A DNA stretch of 63,724 nucleotides, counting the filler, from Octopus bimaculoides (taxonomy: Eukaryota): assembly GCF_001194135.2 (NCBI RefSeq). It is 5 parts of 5 records of this genome, joined end to end, with 100 filler letters (N's around TTAATTAATTAA, not from the genome) between each part and the next. Parts side by side here need not be neighbours in the genome. Positions count along the whole stretch, not along the records: positions 1 to 31,592 come from NC_068992.1; positions 31,693 to 45,002 come from NC_068991.1; 3 more parts are not named here. One strand, written 5' to 3'. Position 1 is the first letter of the stretch. Each line of letters opens with the position of its first letter. Below, in pieces: positions 27,627 to 38,789 of this stretch. Under the pieces are notes generated by a model. The model saw only the letters and a program-made list of their open reading frames with translations. It ran no database searches and was not told the DNA's origin. Made by a program: the position numbers and the translations under genes.

Positions 27627-27627
<1 letters not shown>
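27305..27627. repeat. Long inverted repeat, 144-bp arms, 35-bp spacer
   Basis: 27305-27448 vs reverse complement of 27484-27627: 126/144 identical with no indels. Confidence 0.92.
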
Positions 27628-27657
<30 letters not shown>

Positions 27658-29059
27658 NNNNNNNNNNNNNNNNNNNNNNNNNNNNNNNNNNNNNNNNNNN
27701 NNNNNNNNNNNNNNNNNNNNNNNNNNNNNNNNNNNNNNNNNNNNNNNNNNNNNNNNNNNNNNNNNNNNNNNNNNNNNNNNNNNNNNNNNNNNNNNNNNNN
27801 NNNNNNNNNNNNNNNNNNNNNNNNNNNNNNNNNNNNNNNNNNNNNNNNNNNNNNNNNNNNNNNNNNNNNNNNNNNNNNNNNNNNNNNNNNNNNNNNNNNN
27901 NNNNNNNNNNNNNNNNNNNNNNNNNNNNNNNNNNNNNNNNNNNNNNNNNNNNNNNNNNNNNNNNNNNNNNNNNNNNNNNNNNNNNNNNNNNNNNNNNNNN
28001 NNNNNNNNNNNNNNNNNNNNNNNNNNNNNNNNNNNNNNNNNNNNNNNNNNNNNNNNNNNNNNNNNNNNNNNNNNNNNNNNNNNNNNNNNNNNNNNNNNNN
28101 NNNNNNNNNNNNNNNNNNNNNNNNNNNNNNNNNNNNNNNNNNNNNNNNNNNNNNNNNNNNNNNNNNNNNNNNNNNNNNNNNNNNNNNNNNNNNNNNNNNN
28201 NNNNNNNNNNNNNNNNNNNNNNNNNNNNNNNNNNNNNNNNNNNNNNNNNNNNNNNNNNNNNNNNNNNNNNNNNNNNNNNNNNNNNNNNNNNNNNNNNNNN
28301 NNNNNNNNNNNNNNNNNNNNNNNNNNNNNNNNNNNNNNNNNNNNNNNNNNNNNNNNNNNNNNNNNNNNNNNNNNNNNNNNNNNNNNNNNNNNNNNNNNNN
28401 NNNNNNNNNNNNNNNNNNNNNNNNNNNNNNNNNNNNNNNNNNNNNNNNNNNNNNNNNNNNNNNNNNNNNNNNNNNNNNNNNNNNNNNNNNNNNNNNNNNN
28501 NCTCTCACTGTCTGTTTTTTCCTCTCTCTTTCCTCTTTTTTTCTTTCTTTCACACACAGACGCACACACACACACACACACATATATATTATTTCAAATT
28601 ATTCGTCTTTTGCTTTTACCTGGCTGTGCTCAATATAATAAATTTTACTATTTACTTTTACAAATTTATATCGCTTTTTCACCAATATTTTTACTTAAAG
28701 TATCACACTCCCCTTAACTCCCTTTCAACCTCACACTCACAACAGCTTCATCCTCCCACTCCTTCTCTCTTCACTTTTCTCTTACATACGGTACGATCAC
28801 ACCGACATTTCAACCTCCAACATGCCAGTGATATACACTTAAATAACCACGCACGAACGTGCACGTCCCCACGCACAGATGCACAGAAACCTATCACACA
28901 TACACGTACACACACAAACGTAGGTGTATATAGGTCAGGGGTTATTCTTCTAAATGCATCTCAGTGCTTGACTGATAGTCTATCTTATGTATCACTTAGG
29001 AAGAATGACAAAGTACTGTTATTGTGATTTCATCTACGAAACGCAAGGCTTCGGAACAA

Positions 29060-29312
29060 CAACTACACAACTATCATTACTACTACTACTACTACCGCTG
29101 CTGCTGCTGCTGCTGTTGGTATTACTACCGCTGCTGCTACTACTTCTCCTACTACGGTTATTACTACTGCTACTACAACTAATAATTATAACCACAACGG
29201 CAACTGCAGCAACAGCGGTGTCATTATCATCATCATCATCATCATCATCTTCATCATCATCGTCGTCGTCGTCGTCGTTGTCATCATCATCATCAACAAC
29301 GACGACGATGAC

Positions 29313-29350
<38 letters not shown>

Positions 29351-29427
29351 CATTATTATTAATATTATTATTATTATTATTATTATCATTATTATTATTA
29401 TTATCATTATTATTATTATTATTATTA
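29060..29427. repeat. Compound trinucleotide microsatellite (CTA/CTG, TCA/TCG, ATA, then TTA)
   Basis: Directly visible; it is the source of the poly-L/S/N/D/I ORFs in the track. Confidence 0.9.
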
Positions 29428-29428
29428 G

Positions 29429-29970
29429 ACAAAGACTTTCCTCTCTGGGCAATCTCTCATCAACTTCTTCAAGTATCACCTGAAGAGGAAGGTGAGAGTA
29501 GAAAGGGAAGTCTTGTCTAGTGAATGCTTCAAAAAAAGATGGGTAAATGTAGCAAGGATGGCACGTGTGAACGACGGAGCCATCTTGAGCATAAAACTAT
29601 GAACTAAAAAAAAAAGAATCCAAGANNNNNNNNNNNNNNNNNNNNNNNNNNNNNNNNNNNNNNNNNNNNNNNNNNNNNNNNNNNNNNNNNNNNNNNNNNN
29701 NNNNNNNNNNNNNNNNNNNNNNNNNNNNNNNNNNNNNNNNNNNNNNNNNNNNNNNNNNNNNNNNNNNNNNNNNNNNNNNNNNNNNNNNNNNNNNNNNNNN
29801 NNNNNNNNNNNNNNNNNNNNNNNNNNNNNNNNNNNGAGAACATTACTGTGTGATACACGATCCCTATTGATCGCCCTTTTTTTTTTCTTCCCCCTCCCAA
29901 AAAGAAAAGCTCTACATTGTATTTGTCCCATCTTCGTTGAGCCCTGTGTGGCTAATAAAAGAAATGTATT
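29429..29970 (+). mobile_element. 5'-truncated L1/Tx1-like LINE 3' end
   Basis: Open 57-aa frame 29429-29602 (TKTFLSGQSLINFFKYHLKRKVRVEREVLSSECFKKRWVNVARMARVNDGAILSIKL*) resembles L1/Tx1 ORF2 C-termini. The 3' UTR AAGAAAAGCTCTAC...AGCCCTGTGTGGCT..AATAAAA is shared with 55374-55492. Contains a gap. Confidence 0.6.
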
Positions 29971-29994
29971 ATTATTATTATTATTATTATTATC

Positions 29995-30025
<31 letters not shown>

Positions 30026-30029
30026 TCGG

Positions 30030-30092
30030 CTGTCTTTACGTTCTGAGTTCAAATTCCACCGAGGTCGACTTTGCCTTTCATCCTTTCGGGTA
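30030..30092 (+). mobile_element. Nin-type SINE fragment
   Basis: GAGTTCAAATTCCACCGAGGTCGACTTTGCCTTTCATCCTTTCGGG. Confidence 0.75.
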
Positions 30093-32170
30093 AATGATCC
30101 GAAAATGAAAGACGCTCCATGTACGACTATCTTGCCTTAGATACGTTATGTATAATAATGCTACGTAATATTTTTGTTCTGTGTGTAAAACAAAAGAAAA
30201 TTGTATTATAAGGAGTTTTGCTCCAACTTCTTGCTGTTTGAATGCCTCTCTAGGTTTGGGGATTCAAGTTAGTTATGTAACATGAAATGATGCTAAGAAA
30301 TGCTGTTATATGTTAAAGGGTGACAGATGGATGGTCTTATGATATCTATCTTAAGAAGCGATCGTTAAGAAGCTAGTTTGTCGAAGTCCACATTATATTT
30401 GAGAAAAGAGAACTTTTAATCGATTGATCATATATTTTCTTTGAAGTTTCAATGGGTTAGGTATATGGAGAAGATGGGATAATGATCGTTGTATTTTTGT
30501 GTTGCTGCTAACCAATATATCAATTCCTGAAAGTGGCATGTTATTTACTGTAGATTTAAAACATTGTGTTGAAAGGAACACGTAGAAGAATTATCACTCA
30601 CTATTAAAGCATAAGTGGAAATTTTAAAAAATGTGAACGCTCACGATTTATATGAAGACAAAATTTGAAATATTGGAAATTCGTAAGAAAATTGAATGAA
30701 CATCATATAATTAAAAATTAACTGTTATGTAATATCTGTTAAGAATGTGGTATTGACACCGATGAAACAGAAGAAGTCACAAATCTATGCAAGATTCGTT
30801 AAAGATTTTACTTAAAGGGTGTTACAATTTATTTTTAAAAAATCATGAGTAACTATTCGAGATTGAAAAACATAGAGAAGTCGATAAATGTTCACTTTTG
30901 ATTGAATATATCGCAAGGAATATAGTAAATAGGAAAACAGAATGAATATCTAATGAAAAGTATTGTTATAAAAAGTGCATTTAAATGTTTTGCGCATAAA
31001 AGTCATGGAATTATATTTGATCTAAAATGCCATTTTTTCTAATTAGGTTTTTACTTTTTGACGATATGATTAAAAAATCGTTGTTGTTTCCAGTGATTTA
31101 AAGGAGAATAATTGCTACATGTATGTGTTTATTTATTCAAATTACTTACTGAATATATATATATATATATACTTGTTTAATATATACATATGTATATGTA
31201 TATATGTGAGTGCGTGTTTTTATATATATACATTGATATATAATCATAAATATACAGGGATTAGCATTGAGTTGCTTCTCCAACATACTGAAAATTTAGA
31301 AATAGCAGTCAAAGAACTACTGATTCTAAACTACAATTTTTTCTCTAAACGGATGGCGATATTTATGGCACACATAGAACAAAAAACCGGAGGGAAAGGC
31401 ATAAACAAAACAAGTCTTTAGTTAATCGGATACGATCGTTTCATGGTTAAGAGAATGAAAATTTCTCTATTCCAAATCTTCAGTCCGATATTCTGATAAA
31501 TTTGAAAGTGTCTCTAAAAATATTCACGGTAATTGTTGGCCATGCGACGCCAAAAATCAACGATAAGAAAGGCACTTACGAATTCATCGGCTNNNNNNNN
31601 NNNNNNNNNNNNNNNNNNNNNNNNNNNNNNNNNNNNTTAATTAATTAANNNNNNNNNNNNNNNNNNNNNNNNNNNNNNNNNNNNNNNNNNNNTATATGTA
31701 CACACATATATATATACATATATATATATATGTACACATATATATACATATATATATACATATATATATATGTACACATATATATATACATATATATGTA
31801 CACATATATATATACATATATATATACACATATATATATACATATATATATATGTACACATATATATATACATATATATATATATACACACGTACTTATA
31901 TGTATATATGTACTTACATACACATATATATATATGAACTTACACATATATATACTTTATTTTTATATATATATATATACAAAAAAGTTATTTGGCCTAC
32001 TACTGTTAGTGAATCTAAGCAGCGAGCTGGGTCAACATCAGCAGTAAGTAAACAGAGAAATGGACTCGAGGGCTGGTGCTGGTAGCTCGTTAAGTTGGGT
32101 GGCATCAACATTCGGGTCACTTGACAACATGGCAGTTAGCAGCTTTAAAGTCTCCACAACATGCCAACGA

Positions 32171-32236
<66 letters not shown>

Positions 32237-32844
32237 AAGAAGAAAAAGAAGAAGAAGAAGAAGATTTGAAGCTTTGTTTTCTCTTGTAAACAAATTTAAA
32301 GTAAAAGAAATAAATGGTATGGAAAGCCCCTAGAAACGTTTAAAATATAACAAGGCAAAATATGTTGTTTAAATGCAAGTAGGCCCTGATAGAGTAGATC
32401 TTGGATCAAAAGCGCTCCAGCTATGACCACCCAGTGTTTTGTTTTTCCTTGCATATCGGATCCCTAATATTAAAACTGAACCATGTAGGTTTATATTATT
32501 GTCTTTCTTAAGACTGTAAAGTGTTATTAAGGACTGGAAGGATATTTGGCTATGATTTCTAGCCAAGACAAACGACCACATTGGCTCTATGTTGATTTGA
32601 TTTGTGCTAAAACATACGCACAAAAACACACACTCATATATATAACCATATATATTATAATAATAATAATATATATATGTATATATATGATAAATAATAT
32701 ATATATAAAACATATATACATACACACATGTATACAAATATATACACTTACACACACACACACACATATATATATACATATACACACAAATATAGGTAAG
32801 CACACGTACATAGACAACGTATATATGCACAAATACGCAACGTT

Positions 32845-32889
<45 letters not shown>

Positions 32890-35164
32890 GTATATATATG
32901 TATATATATGTATATATATATATATATATATATAACATACACATATACACACATACAGAAGAGAGAGAGAACGTGAGAAGTAAATAGACTTAATTGTAAT
33001 TCTAAAAAAGGTCTATTTGAAAAAATTGCAGCCTATATCCTAACATTTAGGCAAGAAAACAGTTAATCAATTGTCAAGCAATTCACGGAAATCAGTTTTA
33101 ATTACTACTGCACGCATATAATTAGACGATTTATGAGAGAGAAGGGAGATTGCCTAGCTTCAGTTGTCAAATATTGGCGGTGGTTGAACTGTGTTAGCAA
33201 TGATTAAAAATTGTCACACACACACATCAAGTAGAGAGTGGCGTATCCTCATTTTCCCTGGGGTATAGATGACTGATAAGATACTAATACATGACTGGTA
33301 CTAATTTAGCTGGCCCCGGGTTCAATGAATAATGAACAGCAGTAAGCTTGATAATAGGAAAATATCTAAACTCAGAAACGGGAGTCCAGTAACTTGATTA
33401 GATATCACCTTTCGCCTTGTGTGTGTATGTGTGTATATATATGCACAGAGATGGCGATGCTGAGTTCAATTTCGAATACAAACGGAAATTGTAGACAATA
33501 TCGGTTTCATGCTTTCATTAAAGAAAGCAAAAACTTATAAATTCTATTTCGATTAATTTTTTTAAAAGACGATTTTAACGAGTAAGAGTCTAAAAGATAA
33601 TGAATAATACAAACAAATGATTAATAAACAATTTCCTTTATTCACAGCACACAGCTTTCCTTCATTAATAAACATTGAGATTGTATTTCGAAGAGCTAGT
33701 AGACGGCATTATATTTTTAATTGTTAGAATTCTGAAACACACACACACACACACGTGTGTTAATCCCCGCCACCACTGCTTGAAGGCAGTGTTGGTTTGT
33801 ATATGTCCCCGGATCTTAACGGTTTGTCAAAAGAGAACCTGACTTTAAAAGATTGCTTCAGGCTATCTCAATAGTTATATGAGGGGTAAGAAGGGGGGGA
33901 GGCATGGGATCGATGTGTCATGGATTTTTTCTTTTTCTTTTTCTGAGAATAAGCGTGTGTACGCCGCTTCTAAAATACCTTTTGTGCATTGATTTAACTC
34001 GGCGACCCCGTTTCAATTCCCAAACAGGAGCCTGTCACAATCACCACCACCAAGTGTCAACTGAGAAAGACATGAATGTCACAACCTCCCGCTTCCTCTT
34101 CTCCAGTAAACCTGAAACTTCTTAGAAATAAAATACAAAAAATGAGGGAATCAACAGGGGGCAGACAGCAGCCGCAGGATAGAAAATAGCAGCATAGGGA
34201 GAGAAATGTGTGAAGAAATCGAAAGCGGCATTTCAGAGGAGTCCAGTACAATAGCGGATAAAAGGTTGGGAAACCCTAACACCAGAAGGGTGAAATAAAT
34301 AGAAATGGCAGCAAAAGGAGTAATAGTAGATGTTATTGTTTAGTCCCAGGTCTATCTTAATTGAATTGTCCTGTGATTAAAGGCATTTCAGTCGAGATCA
34401 TCACTAAATATTTACAATACTGTACATCTAGGATTAATACGAAAATTTCATTGCAAAAATATTCATTTTTCCGAAAGCTGTGTAAAAACAAAAGTCAACT
34501 AGATTAAATAAATTATCCGAGACTTTATTGCCCATTCCGAAAAAAAAAATTCCACAACAAATTCCGATATAAACGCTATTTACATCACCTAAAAGGTATT
34601 TGTTGAAAACTTCAATGAAAGATATCCATTGTTTCTGAAAGTTATGAGGAAACAAAGTCGGGTGTGAAGTGTAGGTATGCCAATTATTTAATGTGACCTG
34701 GCGGTTCCTTTAAGACGGTTGGATGTGATTTAGGATGATTTGGCTGCTATTCCTAGCAAAGTGAACGGTCATGAAGTAGAGAGGGTCCCTTGAAAATAAT
34801 GGTAACAATTAAGCTGTAAAGGGAGCAGTTATTAAGCGGTGTGATGAAAAACAACAATAGCAGGAACATCCACAACAATGACGGTCGACAGCAATTAACC
34901 ATTGGAAAGAAGAAGAAAAACAGACACACATTAGTAAGACTTGGATAAAGGCGATCACAACATAAGAATATATGGGTGACCTCCACATTAATACAGGGTA
35001 GAACGAGAGAAGTGAATCGATGAGAAAAAAAAGGACAGAGCAGTTGATATAAAATTCTGTTGACAGACATCCAGTGGGGTCGCGAGAACCTAAAAGATAG
35101 CGACAGCAATATCTTATAGGATAAGTGCAACGGTTTTACAACTAGTAAAGGTAACCCCTGGGTA

Positions 35165-35425
35165 TTACTAGTCTCGAGTCCAAAAATTTATGGGGCCAAT
35201 TACCCGGATTCCATAACGCATACGTGACCAAGAGAGATTACAACATATACTCGGAACGGACGCCAGTTCGTTGAAAGGGTTACGCATTCGCAGACGAGTG
35301 GACAGGAGCAATGTGAAATGAAGGGTTTTGCTCAAGAATACGATGATCAACCTGGTCTGGGAATCGAAATTACGATCCTGCGATGGATGCAACACCCCTA
35401 ACCATTAGGTTATGCGCCTTCACAC
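35165..35425 (-). mobile_element. tRNA-derived SINE
   Basis: The reverse complement carries a tRNA-like head (GGGAATCGAAATTACG) and a CTTGAGCAAAACCCTTCATTTCACATTGCTCC core like the copies at 47106 and 52040, with a different tail. Confidence 0.7.
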
Positions 35426-35679
35426 AAATACGAAACAGAAATAACAGAAACCAGGAGATTTAAATAAATGGAAAGAGTGTGGAAGTCTTGGAGAAGAAAA
35501 GTGAAGTTGGTAATTATTGTCGACCAGCACTCAAATCGATATAAGTGTGGTCAACAGAATTTTATATCAACTAATTCTAGAGGTTGGTCAGTTTAATTCC
35601 GTCAAGGAAGTGATAAGCCTGCTCTGGCAAGTCTCCGATTGGGGAAAAAAAATGAAGTAATACATGTGCCCGAGGACGA

Positions 35680-36300
35680 AATGTTGACGAACGTTTCGGG
35701 GAAACACCCTTCGTCAGAGTAAATATAGGCGATCTCAAGTTGTATGAACGATTTTTACAAAACTAAATTCTAAGCCGTTTTCAAACTATTTTTGTTGAAC
35801 AATTTAGTACGTTGTGTAGATACATTAGTCCCAATATGAAATAAACTTCAAGAATCTCTGGTAATGACACAGTTTAAGCGTTTCCCGAAAGAGTTTAGAC
35901 AATGTAAATCTTCATAATTTTCTCTACAAAAGTGAGGCTCTCTAAGTCAAATAATGTTTGTTTTTCTTTTAGTAAGAAATCGACGAAGGAAAACACTACC
36001 CTTCTAACATTCAAACAAATACCCGGACAAATTCCTCCATGAAATACTAGAAAAACCGACGAAACTCTACGGCATGGACAAACTTTTTTCTAGAAGCGGG
36101 CAGTATAGACACGGCTCATCATTAGGTGGACCGCACTACCCGAAAGAATTCGAGGTAATTTTTCGTTAAGCGTGCCATTCAGAGAGTCCTGCGGTTCGCA
36201 GTTTGCCCATGATTGTCCTAAACCACGACCTCAAAAGACTACCACAAGTAATGCTATAAAGTTAGACATGGCCTGGGCTAATAATGACCAAAAATCTATC
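35680..36300 (-). mobile_element. Possible decayed Penelope-like 3' end with terminal minimal hammerhead-like motif
   Basis: The minus strand reads CTGACGA-A-GGG-tgtttc-CCC-GAAACGTT at 35717-35690. Upstream are weak peptide similarities (LNEKLPRIL, CRENYED, TQRTKLFN) to Penelope/Poseidon linker and GIY-YIG C-termini. Confidence 0.35.
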
Positions 36301-37049
36301 TTAGCTCTGTGAATGTGTGTGTTATAATTACAGTCAGTTTAAGTTCAATATAAAATTTGTTTCAGTGATTTTCAATGAATTGCTTCCAGTATAAATGTGA
36401 ACTTGTAGATTTCATAGTTTAGAATAACTAGCAACTATTATTTTTTTTTTTTTCATGCATAATGGTTTTGAATGCAAAATAAAATGTATTTATTATTATC
36501 ATGTGTGGAAAATAAGATTGAAAACAACGATAGCATTACCTCGAGGATAAATAAGTCAGTTTTTGTTGGGTTTTTTTTTTTGTATTTTAATATAGTAAAC
36601 GAAATTAACAATAACCATGTGACTTAAAGGGAACAGCACCGCCCGAAACGTTAGTCGCACCACACGGCATTGTTTTTAATTCTAACTACTTCGCATGGCA
36701 AGAGCGGTTAGGTCAGTGAACTGGGAAGAGCTGTTGGCCAATTCTCATTTCACCATCTATGGCTAGCTTAGTTCCAATTGAAACAGATCTAGATTAAACA
36801 AAAAAAAAAAAAAATTACAGTCGACCTGTCCGGCTCGGTCGATAAATTGTTGACCAGCACGCTCACTCATTACCTAATTCCATTAGATTATTCTAATAAA
36901 ACAAAATCTACGTGCAACTTAAGACGAATAGAGTTTTATGAACAATTTAGGGGACAAGGATCAAAGCCTTTTTCTCTTTTTTTTTTAAGCAAATGGATGG
37001 GTGAGCATCAGATAGAAAGAATTTTACCTGATTATCTAATATAATTTTT

Positions 37050-37640
37050 CTACGTTCCGGGTTCAAACACTACCGAGGTCTCAACATTGACTTTTACCCC
37101 TCTGCGGTCAATTTTAGTCGACGATACGTCTCCCCAATGAAATGTGTGGCCTTTTGCCAAGGTAAGTTAATAACGATCGCTAGTAACAAAACACAAATAG
37201 AGAAGACTAAACGACAAACAGTTGTTTTGTGTCTGCATTCTGCCTATGTAAATATCAGTCATGCACTGAGTATACTTCACTATAAATTTGAGGCCTTTTG
37301 TCAATGTCAGAATTTATTATTAAACAGCAGAGTAAGGGAGACGGGGACACAGTCAAGAGGTCAGCAGTTCATATCCTGTCTCTTGAAATGTGTCTACCCG
37401 TGTCTATGATATGGTGGCTCTATCTACATTACGACTATGGAGTGGCAAAGATCGTAAGGAGAAACTAAATGCCTTATAGTATTTGGTAATATCCCGAGTT
37501 CAAATTCATTCGAGATCGACATTAACTTCCCATCCCTATCCCTTAACATCGACTCTATAACAAGTAACAGTAATATAATGGGTGTCGATTTTATCAACTA
37601 GACATACCTTCCCCAATACCACTATGAATTTGTGGGGAAT
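37050..37640 (+). mobile_element. Two decayed Nin-type SINE copies (~37050-37160 and ~37480-37640)
   Basis: GGGTTCAAAC/GAGTTCAAATTC B-boxes followed by degenerate GAGGTC...TTGAC/GATCGACATT...CATCC segments. Confidence 0.55.
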
Positions 37641-37820
37641 TATATATATATATATATATATATATATTTACTTGGAGAATGGCGCAACAAATACAAGAAA
37701 AAGCATTTTCGTTGGACTAGATAGCCGTTGTTTTATTATGTGGAGCTTGTGAAATGAGTCAGTGTGGAGGTTTAGGTTATGTAAAGACTACCCCTGAAGG
37801 ATCGAGGCAAACCTACCACT

Positions 37821-37851
<31 letters not shown>

Positions 37852-38249
37852 CATTCTAGATATATAAGATTCGCTTGTACCACAACCTTGGAAATTAAGT
37901 TGTTAATCCCCACCTCCAAAACCGCCTTTAACTGGCATAACATGAAGAAAACGTTTGGAATGAGAGGTATCAAATGCCACAACCAAATAGCATTTTAGCT
38001 CAATCTAGATTTGATAAGAGATAATGGCGAAATAGTAATGTAGTTTAGTGTGTATAGAAAGATAAATGGACAAACAGTAGTATTTATAGTTACTGAGCAT
38101 TAGAGAAACGGTGACGGAACAATAGCCCTGATATTGATATCGAACGATACAGAAATCGAGTATCTAGAGAGACGGACCATGATGATATTATTGACAGTCA
38201 CCACACATAATGATAGGGTTTATAAAACAAAAAGATTAAGCACAGAATG

Positions 38250-38440
38250 CAAACAGTGCCAAGTCAACCCTGATCACGGGCATTCCTTGTTGTCATCGTC
38301 CCGTTTTGCTCCAAGATATGGTGTGCTTAGGAGAACCACATTATCCAAGACGATAGGGTGTAGTTTTGAGGGAGATTTGAGTATTATTTTTAGCAGGTCG
38401 ACCGATCGTGTAAGAGAGGTGGTTCCTCTCATTGGCTCTA
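38250..38440 (+). repeat. Unclassified dispersed repeat family (GAGATTTGGCTGCTATTTCTAGCAGGTCGA-type)
   Basis: Related segments occur at ~19000, 34340-34400, 34730-34790 and 39290-39490 on +, and at ~32440-32590 and 51900-52020 on -. Confidence 0.55.
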
Positions 38441-38732
38441 CAGTTTAATAATAGTAAATGTTGTACACTAGATATCGTGCAAAGGAAGTTAGAATATTTG
38501 CCAACACATGGATGAAAACGTAAATAAGCGAAGCTACAAGTTTTATGACAAGAAACAGAAGAAAGAAGGAAGGAAAAAAAACTCATCGCAAAATAAAACA
38601 AATAAAAAAAAAAGATTATTATAAAACTAGGTGAATATCTAAGTAGATATGTCGAAGAGAAAATAATATTGTTGGCGGTGGTGGTGGTAGAGGAGGAAAC
38701 ACCCCCTCATGTTATTTTAGGTGTAAATGTAG

Positions 38733-38789
<57 letters not shown>

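Noticed and set aside
28987-29520. Long poly-L/S/N/D/I ORFs
   Set aside because: Compound trinucleotide microsatellite; only the 29429-29602 frame has LINE-like content.
31570-31592. Strong minus-strand donors (GTAAGT here; GTGAGT at ~55262) right beside gaps
   Set aside because: Any exon would lie in the gap, so nothing is testable from the sequence given.
31637-31648. TTAATTAATTAA embedded in N runs (also ~45047, ~55318, ~60999)
   Set aside because: An identical 12-mer with stops in all six frames inside ~100-bp gaps; an assembly spacer, not biology. Contiguity across these gaps is uncertain.
33977-34112. Minus-strand exon-like segment, and TCACAACCTCC resembling the miR-67/307 5' end at ~34076
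   Set aside because: Stops in all three frames. The miRNA match is only 11 nt with no supporting hairpin.
34376-34715. Possible Kolobok-like element ending GGCGGTTCCT|TTAA
   Set aside because: Only one end is plausible and no matching TIR was found.
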